Shown: positions 27,620 through 44,069, counted from the first letter of the stretch. The stretch: DNA of 64,000 nucleotides from the human T2T-CHM13v2.0 reference genome, Homo sapiens (GCF_009914755.1 NC_060934.1), one strand, 5' to 3'. The notes: generated from the letters alone by a model not told the origin. Translations and numbers: made by a program.

Positions 27620-28770
27620 TAGTAGCCCCCAGACCTTATCCATAGAGGATGTGTTCCAAGCCCCCCAATAGAAGCCTGAAAGTGCAGATAGTATCAAACT
27701 CTATACATATTATGTTTTTCCTATACATACATACCTATGATAAAGTTTAATTTATAAACTAGGATAGTAATGGCATGAAAAGACATTTCTCAAAAGAAGA
27801 TATACAAATGGCTCACATATGAAAAAAATGCTCAATATCACTAATCATCAGATAAATGCAAATTAAAACCACAATAAGATACGGCCTTACCCTGGTCAGA
27901 ATGGCTATTACTAAAAAGTCAAAAAACAATAGATATTGGTGTGAATGTGGTGAAAAGGGAACACTTATACACTGCTGGTGGGAATGTAAATGAGTAAAAC
28001 CTCTACGGGAGACAATATGAAGCTTTTTTAAAGAACTAAAAGTAGAGCTACCATAGGATTCAGCAATCCCACTACTGGGTATCTACCCAAAAGAAAAGAA
28101 GTCCTTATATCAAAAAGACATCTGCATGTGTTATGTTTCTCACAGCACAATTCGCAATGGCAAGGATATGGAACCAGACTCACTGGACATCAACCAATAA
28201 CTGGATAAAGAAAATGTGGTATGCATACACCACGGAATACAACTCAGGCAGAAAAAGAACAAAATAACGTATTTTGTAGCAACTGGGATGGAGATGGAGG
28301 CCATTATTCTAAGTGAAGTAACTCAGGAATGAAAAACCAAATACTGCATGTTGTCTGTCACTCATAAGTGGCAGCTAAGCTACTGGTATGCAAAGGCACA
28401 TAGAGTACTGTAACGGCCAATGGAGACTCAGAAGGGAGAAGGGTAAGGGATTAAAATCTACGGATTGGGAACAATTACACTACTCAAGTGACAAGTGCAC
28501 TAAAATCTCAGACATCAACATGATAAAATTCATCCATATAACCAAAAACCACTTGTACCCCCAAAAACCATCGAAATAAAAATAAATTTTAAGATGTCAT
28601 AGCAAGAGAACTAGTAATAAAATAGAATAATTATAACAAAATGCTATAATAAAAGTTATGTGCATGTGTTCTCTTTCTCTCTCAAAGTATCTTCTGCTGT
28701 ACTGACCTATTTCCAGACCTTAGTAACTGAAACCTCAGAAAGGAAAACCGTAGATAAGGGAGCATTACTG
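27620..28770 (-). mobile_element. MER44A (Tigger-family MITE) split in two (~27620-27768 and ~28598-28770) by an L1
   Basis: TIR-like AGTAGCCCCC..CCTTATCC / GATAAGGGAGCATTACTG-TA; internal CATACATACCTATGATAAAGTTTAATTTATAAA. Confidence 0.8.
27772..28590 (+). mobile_element. L1 3' fragment (L1PB4-like): ORF2 C-terminal remnant plus 3'UTR
   Basis: AGACATTTCTCAAAAGAAGATATACAAATGG...AACCAAAAACCACTTGTACCCC...AATAAAA. Confidence 0.88.
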
Positions 28771-29835
28771 TAGCTGTGTTCTTGGGAAGGCAATTGAGTA
28801 CTGTCCATGAGACAGACCCTTTTTGCACCTATTTGTAAATGCATTTCAGCATTCCTTACTATGCATTTATATGTGGTTCTTCAGATTCACCTTTGAACCA
28901 ACTGTAAGGTCTTATGGGTACCCTCATTTATTAATGAGTTAAAAATCTTTGAAACGTGTTTATGTTTTATGAGAGTCATGACTTTACCACTTAAAAAATT
29001 CTTTAATGATGCAAGTGATTTGATTACCCTCATTTCTTTAACATTCAGGAAAAATAGAAAGAAAAAAGGCATTACTGGAGAAAGCCCACCTCTCAATTGT
29101 GAAATTTAGCTGTAAAAATTTCTAGCATTTATTGATATCAGCTTTTGGTTTTGTTTTATTTTCAGGTGGGGTCTCATTTGACTACTGGCAAATGTCACAT
29201 GTGTGCTTGTACATATGTACATTCACACATGCAACACACACACATGTAACAAGCAGAGTTAACTCACCACAGCCGCAAGTTCTTGCTTGAAAAGCATAAA
29301 AGGCTTCAGTAAATGCAATGACTTAATTACTTCTCACATCTGGAAAAACTTGAATATGAGAGTGGATTTATTGAAGAAGCTCTTTGCTTGGCTGTCAACA
29401 CCGTATCAAGAGCCAGAAAGAGAGCAGGCTTGATCACTCTTGGCAATTCTTTAACCCATTCAGAGATAGATGATCTACCAATTAATTCGTAACATGTCCT
29501 GTTTATGTGATTTATGAATTTTATGAAAACACAGCAATGTAAATAGTTTCCTAGTAATTTATGGAGAAAAGCTGTTTTTGTCATGTTTCTAGGAGGAAAA
29601 ATATCACACATTAAAATGGGGAAATAATGAAGAAGTTTTTACATTCAAGGAAACAAAGGAAAGGGTTTTGGGGGTTGTAGAGCATATTGCAAACAACCAT
29701 TAGAACTATAACTTACACAAACACATGAAAAACTAGATGATTTGGCACTTTTTGGAGAAAGTGTAATATAGTGCTCCTAAAAGGGAATAGGAGATTTATA
29801 TAAGCCCATAGCAAGAAGATTTAGCAGAAACCAAG

Positions 29836-30187
29836 TGTATTAGCCCATTTTCACATTGCTATAAAAACATACCCGAGACTGGGTAATTTATAAATAAAAA
29901 AGGTTTAATTGACTCACAGTTTTGCATGGCTGGGGAGGCCTCAGGAAACATACAATCATGGCAGAAGGGAAAGCAGGCACTTCTTACATGGTGGCAGGCA
30001 AGAGAGAGCCAGCAAGAGCAGGGAAAACTGCCTTATAAAACCATCAGATCTCATGAGAACTCACTCACTGTCACAACAGCAGCATGTGGGAAACTGCCCC
30101 CATGATCCAATCACCTCCTTCCCTCAACACATACGGATTACAATTGGAGCTGAGATTTGGGTGGGGACACAGAGCCAAACCATGTCT
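29836..30187 (-). mobile_element. THE1 (MaLR, THE1C/D-like) solo LTR
   Basis: TGTATTAG...GAGACTGGGTAATTTATAAA...GAGATTTGGGTGGGGACACAGAGCCAAACCAT; near-perfect 5-bp TSD CCAAG/CCAAT. Confidence 0.92.
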
Positions 30188-31439
30188 CCAATAAATGACC
30201 AGATCTCCCCTAGAAAAGGATACTGAAAATGGAATTAGTCAAAATGATGATAAGGCATCCAAAGAGCATTTGCAAAGACCCAGAGACAAGAGTTGAAAGA
30301 ACCAAAAGTTCTATGTCACTGGAGCAATACAATAGGACAGAGATGAGGGAAGGAGAGGAGCTGAGGACCCTTCAGCCTCCACGATGTCAGGGGAGAGCTA
30401 CATGACGGAAATGTATAGAAATCACTTATCCTAACACAAAAAGCTGAAGTCAGTTTGAACCATGAAGCCTTTGCAGTTATAACAATTCCTAGTCAATTAA
30501 CTGTGGAAGCAGCACTACCACAGCTTCTCTATTCCCTTTATGTGCCTTGAACATAATTTTTCCTTCTTCAGGTTATTGTTTGCCCTTCAGAATACTCTTT
30601 GTGTATGTGGACTTTATGAAAATTCTTAGTGAAGAAAGTGTTTCCAGATTTATGAATCTTTGGAAGAAAAATATTTAAGGGAAATTCATTTGTATTATGT
30701 AGACCCTGAAATAAAATTTATGTTAAATGTGTTTATACATTTCACACTTTTACATTTCTATAATTACAGCTTTATTATTAAAATGCACCTCTTTTTTCTA
30801 TTATTTACTAAACAAGTGATGTCAATGTTCCTTCTCAAACCTTAAGCATCAAGTTACTAACACCTATGTTCACTGAGGAATCCTTCTTCCTGAAATCATG
30901 ATTTCATCCCACTTTAAGCCAGGGAAAACAATACTACTGATGCTCAGAAGTTTGGCACTTTTAAAACACTAATTTATGAGCCTTATTCCAATTATTTCCA
31001 TGGAGCTTTTCCATGTTTAACTTAAACTATAAGATAATATCAAAATAAAATTATAATTAAAGTAAATATATCATTAAAACAGCTATGAAGTTAATGATGC
31101 TTTAAAATAACTGGTACTCTCTGAAGAGTGAGAACTAGTTTAACGTATATTGGGGTGATTTCTCTCTGAGGACTTTATCTTCTTTATTATTTGTGTGAGG
31201 GTGTGTGTTGGGGGTGTGGGTGTGTCTATGTTCATTCAATCATTCACTCATTTGTTATACCAATGAATGAAGATGGACATGAATGAATTATAACAAATAT
31301 AATTCAACAAATTTTACTTGTTAATAAGTTCACAAATGTTTCTTGTGTGCATTCTATGGGCCAGGCCTCATGTTAATCTCTCCAGTCAACGAACAAAACC
31401 AACAAAAATCTCTAACTTTCTCTCCTATTTCAATCATAC

Positions 31440-31638
31440 ATTCATTTATGAAATATCTATGATTATCTACTTCATACTACGCACTACAATGAGACATGTT
31501 ATATTTTTTCCTACTAAGTCTTTAAAATCCTGTGTATTTGAACTTCACAGTTACAGCACAACTCAATTCCAACTAGCCACATTTTAAGTGTTCAATGGTC
31601 AGATGTAGATAGTGGTGACCATGTTGGACAGTATAGCT
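31440..31638. mobile_element. MER33/MER3-type hAT-Charlie fossil
   Basis: TACAGCACA.CTCAATTCCAACTAGCCACATTTTAAGTGTTCAAT...TTGGACAG terminus. Confidence 0.65.
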
Positions 31639-33136
31639 CTATAGTAATGCTATAAGACTGGAAATAATTGGCTATTTTTCAATTTGATCATATATACCTT
31701 AAGCATGGAAAAAACCTTTAAAATTACATTTAAGATAATGATCTCAGGGTCTTAATAAGCAAGCAATAAAATCTACAACCTGATTTTAATTTCCAGACCT
31801 GTCTAAATAAGTCTTCAGTGTGGAAATGTATTTTATTAAGGGTTTAAATTTTTATTATAAATAATGAATTAATTTTTAAAATTATGTTTTAATTAAGTTT
31901 ACCAAAGGTGTATTTTCAAAATGCTATCTTGTTTCATTAATGAAATGATGTAAAGTCCCACTAGTTTTCAGGATATTCACCCTCTAATTTTCTGTCTGAT
32001 ACATACTTATATGACTGAATAATAAACATTCTATAATTCTCTATCTAAATAGCAAAAAGTCCAAATAGTGAAATATCTTCCATCGATACTCCCATTTTTA
32101 CCTCAGATAACCGAATTTAAGCAAACCATTCGTTCATCACATTGGCTAGGTAAGTCCTTTTAAACAATATTGTGAAGTAATGTCACCAGGAAGTATATGA
32201 GATTTTTAATAAAGAGGTTGGCATCTCATGAAAAGAACCTAAGTTTCACTGAAACGAGATTTTCCTATTTTAAAAGAAATTTAAAAATTTTCAAGTGTTC
32301 AACAGAAAAGACCTTCATCAGTGAGGAAAAACACAGTATTTCTGATTTCTGCTCCCAGCAAATTCATCTCTTGCCCTGACAGAGCCAGCACAATTGGTAC
32401 TTTAAAACTGCTGGAATCTTGAATAATATCCAAATGCAATGAAGTGCTTCGAATCTAAAAATACTGTTGTGCAGAATGATATTCAAGGTCTTAAATTTTA
32501 TTTGTGTTATACCTCATCCAAGCTATGCTGACATTTTTTGGGAAAGAGGAACTCCATATAAAAATGATGGGAGGCAGCCATGAAGTCTTCGAAGTTCTTG
32601 AACTCTCCACTGACCTATACCAGGTACCGAGAAAAGGTACCAAAGGATGATCACTGCATGCCAAGCACTGTGCTGTGAGCTTTATATACAGTAACCCATG
32701 TGATCTTCAGACACCCATTTCACAGATGAGGTCACTAGGATTTAGACTGATAACTTGCCCAAGTTCTCACAGTAAGAGATTCATACCTAGATCTTACTAC
32801 TTACTACTTCCAAATCTGCTAGGCCATAGGGCAGTAGAACATTGAATGGATGGATGCTTTTTATTCCTTTCTGGTAGTGATATTACTTTCTCTCATCTCC
32901 TTCAATTTCCAACTTCAAAGGAATTGTCATTACGGATGCTTATATAAAGGAAGAGTAGTCCTTGTGGTATGGAGACAATCTGGTCCCTGTGATCAGTGAA
33001 AACAAGCCCCCATGGGCGTTAGAAGCAACAGGAAAGGCAGGCCATAATGAAAGCATTATGAGGATCCTTGATCTAGCAGGAACCTAATTTGAGGAGCTTT
33101 TCCTGCTTTTCATTCATTAAATGGCACATTTATGAG

Positions 33137-33313
33137 CAGTAGTGAGCTGGCAAATGTTTAACAATCAACTCTCTCAGGGTTTATATTTTTTAATTAAGAA
33201 ATAAATTTTTAATTAAAAAACAATCTCTGCTCTGCAGCATAATCATGGAGTCGGGAAGAGATGAACACACTCTGCTCTGGTAAGCTGATAGCAGCCAGCG
33301 CCACACAGCACTG
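33137..33313. mobile_element. MER63-like hAT fossil
   Basis: CAGTAGTGAGCTGGCAAATGTTTAACAA...CACAGCACTG termini. Confidence 0.45.
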
Positions 33314-33560
33314 TGAGTAACAACAAAAGCCTATATCTAATGTTAAATGGACCAAGAAATGCCAATCAACCTGAGGCTAATCTTCCACATTTTTAAATGG
33401 GCATTTCAAGGTATACAGTTATGCCCTGCTGCTATTCTGTTCCTTACCTGTATGTTGATGTACTCATTCTAAATGGTAAGATTTCAAACTTATTTGTGCT
33501 ACACTTTTTGTACTGATCACCAGACACTGAGATCATAAAATTTGTGTTTGTGGCACTCTT

Positions 33561-33974
33561 TTTTTTAATTTTTAATTTTTTGGGTACACAGTAGGTATAT
33601 ATATTTATGGGGTACATGAAATGTTTTGATCCAGGCATACAATGCATAATAATCACATCATGGAGAATGGGGCATCCATCCCCTCAAGCATTTATCGTTT
33701 GAGTTACAAACAATCCAACTACACTCTTTGCATTATTTTAAAATATACAATTAAGTTATTATTGACAGTCACCCTGTTGCTATCAAATAGTAGGTTTCGT
33801 TCATTCTATTTTTTTTTTTTTTACCCTTTAACAGTTCCTACCTCCCCACCACCACCCCCACTACCCTTTCCAGTCTCTGGTAACCATCCTTCTACTCTCT
33901 ATGTCCATGAGCTCAATTCTTTTGATTTTTAGATTCTATAAATAAGTGAGAACATGCAATGTTTGTCTTTCTGG
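33561..33974 (-). mobile_element. 5'-truncated L1MA-type 3' end
   Basis: Reverse L1MA 3'UTR; perfect 11-bp TSD GTGGCACTCTT at 33550-33560 and 33975-33985. Confidence 0.9.
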
Positions 33975-35446
33975 GTGGCACTCTTAATAATTTAGATGCC
34001 TCTAAGATATTGTACACACAAATGAAGCAAATGAAATGGAAAATACTTTTAAGAGGCAGATTTTCTTGTACCCAAATAGAGCCTGCCTTTTCTACATAGC
34101 TGTCTTCACACCGAAAAGGATTAAAACTTAAAATTTTCTTTAAGTAGGATCTAATACATAAAAATTTAGAATATAGTAAATGCTAATTGAAAATAGTATT
34201 ATAGTAGTGACTTTTATACTATACAGTCTCTGATTTGCAAAAAGCTAATGAAGATAACTTACAGAATAACTCAACAATTCTCTCAATTGGGATAGAGTAT
34301 TAGGAGAAATTCACCATAAAATATTGAAACAATAATATATATAAAAGAAATACAGAATTGTCAGAGGAAACAATTTATACAATGGCTTTAAGTCTTAAAT
34401 TAAGGAACCTAGTACAGCCCTGATCCAAAGCACATATAGTGATATATCTGCAGGAAAAAAAAAGTGTTTTATAGAATTATAATACTTGCCTAGTATCAAA
34501 GCTTAATTAAAATAGTGAATAAATATGTCCTTTGTATTTCACTGTGTGTCAGCAAAAATATCCCCTTTTCAGCAAACTTTACACTTAGGTAAAAATTTTG
34601 ACATAAAAAAGATTCTCAGGGTAGGACTCTACTTTAAAAAGTTGAATTTTTTGGGCAGTTTGTCATGGAAAGTCTTAAAGCAGCTTCTCTGTGCTTTTCA
34701 GATGGATAGATTTAGAAGAAATGAGTTGAGGACATACTTTTTTAAAAATTATCTATATAGTTAAGCAAAATTGTCATTTTCAGCTCAAGGTTCATACGAA
34801 AGCAGTATTTCTTTTATATATGTTATCATGGCTCTGACAATTCTTTATAGTATTTATCTGCCATGATTTGACAAAGATTATAACTAACTCATGAGCTATT
34901 TAATCATGTAGCTTCCACTTAAGTTCCTTATGTTATACCGAAAAGTTAAAACACATGCATCAGATGTCATGAGGTTGTAGTCCACAATGACTGATGGCAG
35001 AACTGTATTCTGTTTTTTGGCCTGGCAGTAACACTACAACTGATCAGACAAGGATGACTAAGGACAGAAGAGATGTGAAGGCAGCTAAACCCTCACTGCA
35101 TGAACCATGGTCAGAGAGACACTGTTTGAAAAGGAGCAAGCATTGGAAGGGCCACATTTGGGGTGGGCAGTGGAAAGCATGCAACACAGAAGGAGTCCTA
35201 AGACCTACCTTCAAAATCCCTACACTGTAAAAAATTAGACCAATCTTCCTAGTTCTAAGATTGTATGATTACCAAATTTATCTACCTATCTACTAATCAC
35301 CAGGGTACAAGGAATTCAAAGACGAAAACCTCATCTATTAACAAATTCTTTTGTCAAACCACTTTTTTTGTTTGGTGTTTTTTGTTTTTGTTTTTTTTTT
35401 TTGGCCAAAGGGGGATAGGAGTAACCTATGCTAAAGAGTAGGCACT

Positions 35447-35795
<349 letters not shown>

Positions 35796-35899
35796 TCATA
35801 AAATACTCATAAACTCTCTGGAAAGTAAATTCTATCAGGATCCCCAAACTGAAGTTCAAAGTTAGCATGAACAAACTTAGAATAAGATCTTCTATGTTG

Positions 35900-35968
35900 A
35901 TGTATACACCTGTTGTGAGCATTCAACACAGTTAAATGTATATACCCGTTGTGAGCATTCAACACTGT
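35900..35968. repeat. Two-copy 36-bp tandem duplication
   Basis: ATGTATACACCTGTTGTGAGCATTCAACACAGT / ATGTATATACCCGTTGTGAGCATTCAACACTGT. Confidence 0.9.
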
Positions 35969-36854
35969 GAAAATGGCTGAAACCCACATTTTAAAACTCT
36001 CTTTGTATTATGATTACATTTCAGAAACTAACCAGGTATGCCTGAATGGCCAATAAAGTATAGGACATTTATAAAACCTATTACCATACACATCAAAATA
36101 TTTTTAACTGTTATAAAACCATAGTCTTCAAACAACTACAAGGACATTCTCATAGTCTAGTTTTAAAACTAGAGCATTTAACTCAAGTACATATAAATAA
36201 GAAAGTATAAGTGGATTTTATATGTACATAAAATAGGGACATATTCCCAAGGCATGGGAAATCATCAGTGATGTAGCTATCCTTAGTGTATTCATGACTA
36301 TGTGTTCCAAAATCGATATAAACATCATCAGTGGGAAATTAAATTCTGATAGAGCCAAGAGTATGACTTTGAAAAGCTTTTAAGCATTTATCTCCACAAT
36401 GATCTCATGAGGAGTTCAAGCTTGCTTTTCAAGCAACAACACCGTCAAAGGCTCTAAAAAGCAGATATTTATCATAGCATTCAGTCTGTTGCAAAAATTT
36501 CTTGGCAGTTTGACTCAATATAAGAAAAATAAGTTTTCGTGTCATCGCAAATGGGGAAATAAATTATTATCTTAAACACCACCTTTATCTCCCAATTTAA
36601 TTAACATTCTCCCTCTTACGGTTATAATAACTTTTCTTATTCTTCACACTAACACTATTTTAGTTTTTCTGCAAATATGAATGTAAATGTAAAAACATGA
36701 AAATGACTTTTAAAAATAAACTAGATAACCAACACAACTATTTTTTATATTGCTTCTGTTTTATAGTTTCCGTTGTATTACCATGTCTCAGAGGAATGCT
36801 CACAGACGTGGCTTGCAAGAAAAGCAAGTCAATGGCATTGCTATGTTTGAAATA

Positions 36855-37033
36855 AAAATGCATTAGCTGGGTGTGGTGGTGTGTGCCTGTAGTCCTAGCT
36901 ACTCCAGGAGGCCGAAGTGGGAGGATCACTTGAGCCTAGGAGTTCAGGCTGCAATGCGCTACGATCGTGCCACTGCACTCCAGCCTGGGTGACTGAATGA
37001 GACCCTGTCTTTAAAAACAAACAAACAAAAACA
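36855..37033 (+). mobile_element. Alu right monomer (FRAM/AluJ)
   Basis: TTAGCTGGGTGTGGTGG...CTGTCT with (AAAC)n tail. Confidence 0.85.
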
Positions 37034-37440
37034 ACTTACAGTATCTCAACACAAGCTTTCTTTTCTCATTCTTCACATGTTATCTGTTGCTTTGTTTACA
37101 TTTTTAATATCTCTCAAATCTTTATCAACCACTTTCATGAATCCAGTATAAGTCTTTATCTCTTGCCGGCCTCTAGGTCATTTTGCAGACCTGATATCTT
37201 GTTCCTCTCATTTCAGCATTTCCTACTTACGTTGCACCTAGATTACTCTTTCTGTATTGGATTTGTATGTCACTCCCCTGGTTAAAACGCTGTGACTTGA
37301 GATTTCTGAATGAATTATATACGCAGTTGTTGGCTTGACATTTGAAGCTGTCTGCATTCTGCCTTTCCTTCAATCTTTACTCCTTCACTTTCCCTATGCC
37401 ATGCTGAACTTGTTCCTCATGGGGGCCATAGTATGCCAAT

Positions 37441-37623
<183 letters not shown>

Positions 37624-39380
37624 TAAATTGTTTTGAACAGAGGGTGAAATAGGCTTAGGGAGGAACATACTGAGTCTGAAATAGAACATCCAGGTGGAGG
37701 ATCAGCCATCAGTGAGAGCTGCACAAAGGTCATGATTAGAGCATTGACTCAGCTTAGAGAAGGGAGTCAGAGTTCAGACAGCCACAGGCAATTCCTAGAG
37801 TAAGTGAAGAGAACAATTTTGAAAGGCACCTGCTGAAGAAAAGCAATTATTCATTCCTAAAAGGCACTGCCGATCCTTCACATTGAACATCAGAAAAGGT
37901 ACACTCCTGAAACAAGGTCTCCTGTGGGACAAAGAAAAACTCTATTCTGTTTCTTAATAATTCTCAAAAACCAGACCACTTTAATGGAATGCTTCATTAA
38001 AAGTACTTATTAAGAGATCGTTACGTGAATTAGGAACTTGGAATATAAAAATATTTATTATCTGCATTAAGAGGTTTTAAACATCTTTGATATATTGTCT
38101 GGTTATAAAAATGAAAAAATGTTCAGTTTACTGGAAATAGCAAAAAAGTACAAAAACCAAGTGTACGAAATATCGTATCAGGAATTGTTAAATTTTATCA
38201 GCTGCTTTTCCAGCATCAGATGGTATATTTGACTTTTTGATCAATATCAATAGCATATTAATTTTATTATATTAATAGATTTCCCAGTATTGAATCACCC
38301 TGCATTCTTGGGTTAAATACTATTTGCCTGTGGTAGGTTGTTGAATGAATATGATCTTATAGTATTTGTTTATACAATCATATATATGAGACAATGAATA
38401 TTTATGCTCATGTACTGGAGCCATTTATGTTCAAAAACTGGAGTTTTCTTTTTCAGGCTGTTAGCCTTTTTTGTGCTCAATACCAATATACATATTTTGG
38501 AAACGGTCATTCTTGAAAACAGGATAGACTCATCAATAGAGCTATAGCAGACATGTCAATAAATTCACCAGTGCAAACTACACTCAGGTTCAACCTCCTC
38601 TGCACAGACTATGAATCAATCACATACCCTGATTATCCACCCACAGCTCATCAGACCAAAAGCAGACACTGCACTTGAGGAGAGGAAACACACTGGTCAT
38701 TTGGTGACCAATGAGAATGTGTTTTGCGCGTTTGAACTAAGAGACATTTAGCTGTGGATAATTCGATGTCAGTAAGTGCTGGAGCTAAATGCTGGGTAAA
38801 TTCGGGTGGGTCGCTATTATTCAACTATATACAGGCTAAGAAAACGTGTATTTGGAGAAAAGCAGAGAACAAGAGCCATAGAAACCTTAAAAGATACAGT
38901 GAACAAGATTTGCTTTTTAATGACTTCACAGTTTACATGAAGTCCAGCCTTACTTACTGCAAAGGTTTTCTATGAGATTACCCTCTATGTTTCCTATAAA
39001 TCCCTTTTCCCTTTAGTCATTCCTTGGAAGCAAACATTCCTAATACAATATTTATCAGGGACAGGAACCTTTCATAAAGCGAATTGTTTAATAATATTGT
39101 TCAATGCTTTCCTTGGTTATTGCTTTGTTCAGGTTTTCTAATTCCTCAAGTCTATTTTGGTAGTTTATATATTTCTTTTAAAACTCCATTTATATTTTCC
39201 AGGTTTGTTAACATAATGTCCTCTTGTGGGTTTTGAATTTAACGATAACCTAGTCAGATTCTGAGCTACAGGTAACTGCATATCCAGACAGAAATTGATG
39301 ACAGAGTAAAAACAATAGAAATGGAAATTTCAAATAATTGAGACAATTTTAATACCAAATTTACTATACATTGAGGGTAA

Positions 39381-39731
<351 letters not shown>

Positions 39732-39824
39732 TGAAAATAAATGAACCCATCACTGTAATAACACTTCACCAACAAATATTTGTTAGACATTTATATATGC
39801 AAGGAACCAGGCTTTGAAATTTTT

Positions 39825-40418
39825 TTTATATTATTATTATTATACTTTAAGTTTTAGGGTACATGTGCACATTGTGCAGGTTAGTTACATATGTATACAT
39901 GTGCCATGCTGGTGCGCTGCACCCACTAACTCATCATCTAGCATTAGGTATATCTCCCAATGCTATCCCTCCCCCCTCCCCCTACCCCACAACAGTCCCC
40001 AGAGTGTGATGTTCCCCTTCCTGTGTCCATGTGTTCTCATTGTTCAATTCCCACCTATGAGTGAGAATACATGGTGTTTGGTTTTTTGTTCTTGCGATAG
40101 TTTACTGAGAATGATGATTTCCAATTTCATCCATGTCCCTACAAAGGACATGAACTCATCATTTTTTATGGCTGCATAGTATTCCATGGTGTATATGTGC
40201 CACATTTTCTTAATCCAGTCTATCATTGTTGGACATTTGGGTTGGTTCCAAGTCTTTGCTACTGTGAATAGTGCCACAATAAACATACATGTGCATGTGT
40301 CTTTATAGCAGCATGATTTATAGTCCTTTGGGTATATACCCAGTAACGGGATGGCTGGGTCAAATGGTATTTCTAGTTCTAGATCCCTGAGGAATCACCA
40401 CACTGACTTCCCCAAGGG
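39825..40418 (-). mobile_element. Young 5'-truncated L1 (L1PA2-like), ~590 bp
   Basis: GTGCACATTGTGCAGG and GTGCGCTGCACCCACTAACTC (non-Ta GAG type); 17-bp TSD CAGGCT(T/C)TGAAATTTTT; ORF 40044..40286 is the ORF2p C-terminus. Confidence 0.93.
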
Positions 40419-40966
40419 CAGGCTCTGAAATTTTTAAACTTTTGAATTGGATCTGCAAGCTAACCAAACATTTATATCCAGGTATTCAACGAACATTCTA
40501 TTTAAAACAAAATTGTTAAACTGCATTACCAAATGTTGTCATAACCTTATCACTTAGTTATATAGGACAGTAAGACATAACAGACTGTCTTTCTACGATA
40601 AACCGTTATTAACTAAGTCAGCCCTAATTTCAGAAATAATCTTTTATTTCCTAGATGAGAAGTAAAACACAATGAATCACGAGGTGATTAATCAGTCATC
40701 TAGTTCAACTAGATGTTTGATGAGTGCAGACTGCTAAATGTGAGAATTTTAGAACTACAGGCAAGAACCATGGGTTATGGAGTTCCCAACACCTTAACCT
40801 ATACAACTCTGAAAAACAACTATACCTGAGAAACTGCAAAGTGGGGAAGGAGGGAAACAGAAGCAAACTATCGCTTAAAAATTAAATAATTAAAAATATA
40901 AAAACAGCTAGAGTTCTATTACGAAATATTTCTTAGATAGCTCTGAAGAAGAAGAAAAAGACTTAA

Positions 40967-41308
<342 letters not shown>

Positions 41309-42647
41309 TAAAAGCTTCTAACCTGGCTTAGGTATAAAATGCGTGCCCATCTGAAGTTCCTCAAGGCAACAGGCTATTTTATACTTTACCACTAGAGTGA
41401 CACATTATGAATATTTGAAAAAGAATATACAAGTCCTGCAGTGTATTGACATGGGGAAAAAAGTTAGACTTTTTAGAATATTTATTGACTTTTTTTAGTT
41501 CCAACATTCAAAAAAGAAAACTTTACAAAGCATGTGCATATAATTTATAGTAAATATAAAATATCCTAGGGAATGAACTCAGACTATTATTTAGTGAAAG
41601 GGACTGTATACTGAAAAAAAATACATTCTGTGCATTAAATTATAACCCTCCTGATTATGGGAACTAGACCTGGTTTAGCCTACTTATCCATGTGTGCCTA
41701 GCACAAAGCTGGTAAGAACATTAACTTTTTATGAAGTTGAAAATCAGCTTGTAAGTCCAAAGTCTACCATTTTGTCCTCTCCCAGCATACACACAAACAC
41801 AAAATTACACTTAAAATGTTACAGGCAAAACACTGTCCTCTAACAATCACTAATATTGTATTTTCACATTAGCCTGATACATTCCATTCATTTCTTTCTT
41901 CAAGGGTCCTCTGAACTATTTCTCGAGGGGCACAAACCCATAATGGCAAAGAATTTTTCATCTTTTTCACTGATATACCCACTGGCGTCACAACAGAAGC
42001 AAAGGGTAGAAGGAGCATTGCTGAATTAGGCTGAAAGTTGAGACCGTTCAGGGGATGTCTATTTATTTCTCAATGTATGCAAAAAGTCCGAACTATTCAC
42101 ATGCTGGCCACACATTACTATGCATCACGTACCTCATTTTTAACTTGGATTTTGAGACAATGTGGATCTTAGAAGGGCTAGGAAAAATTAAGAAACTTAT
42201 GCAAATTTTGACATAAACAAAACTTCCAAGTTCAATTAAAACAGGAAAGTGAATGCTCTCTAAACATCATGTAAAACACTTAGCAGCAACCATGTCTATA
42301 AAATTAATGTGTGTTTCTGTCTCATGGTGACCTTGTCCATAATTGTTCTATTTTATATTTCACTTTCAAGATACTTCTTTGAGAAGCCAAGATTCTATAC
42401 TAACTGAAGAAAAAATATTCTTAACTTGCTCTTATTGAAATCTGGTTTAGGTCATTTAATTGTGTTAAAAGAAAGATGATATTATAAATAAAATTTAATA
42501 TGATCATTGAGAAAATGAGGATGAACATTTCTGGTAAAATACTAATAAAATAACAGGATCCAAAATGATATATGCATGACACAATGAAAATAGTGGCTGA
42601 AATACAGTTTTTGGAGAAAACACACAGGAGTTAGAATCCAAGCTCCA

Positions 42648-43009
<362 letters not shown>

Positions 43010-43108
43010 TCATCAGTAATAGTGAAATAATAAAGATTGCATCTTCAGATGAGTTTTGTGATAATTAAATAGGATAATATACTTAGAGCACTTGAATCAG
43101 TGCACTTA

Positions 43109-43472
<364 letters not shown>

Positions 43473-44069
43473 TTAAAATCGTTCCCACTTAACATGATCA
43501 TAATAAAGCGAAACATTATGCATAGGAAAATTCTGGAAGGAATTGACCCAAGTAACACAATTCTGGAGGTCAGTAGTAGAATTCTGGAATATTTTTTCCT
43601 TTGGTATTACTATTACTCATTTCAGAAAGATTCCAAATGCCTTAAGATGCAATATGATAATTAAAAATAAGCTAAATTATGTGCTATCCTAAAAATTCAA
43701 AACTAAAAAAAATATTTTGTGGCAAGAGAAGGCATCTGAGCTATAGTTAAGTCTTTGCTGGGAGATTAGTCTCTCATGATTTCCGAGAAAATTATATACT
43801 TTTTAGAAAATTATGCAACGTACTGGTTGAGAACATAGGTTCCAGTCCCACTGCTGACTAACTGGGAGATACTGGATAGGTTTGTGCAACCTCTGTAAGC
43901 CTCACTTCCCTTCTATGCACATTGGAAGAATAAGGGTAGCCCATTCATAGGGTATCTCTAAAAATTCTACCATTTCAAACTTTATGTTTCTATAATCATG
44001 GGAATCATGTCATGGTGACTTTTAAAGTACTTTTAATCCATTTTATAAAGAAAATTTCCATTATTAGAG

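Noticed and set aside
39825-40418. Human-specific polymorphic L1HS-Ta insertion
   Set aside because: Carries the GAG-type 3'UTR diagnostic rather than ACA, and the TSD already has a mismatch
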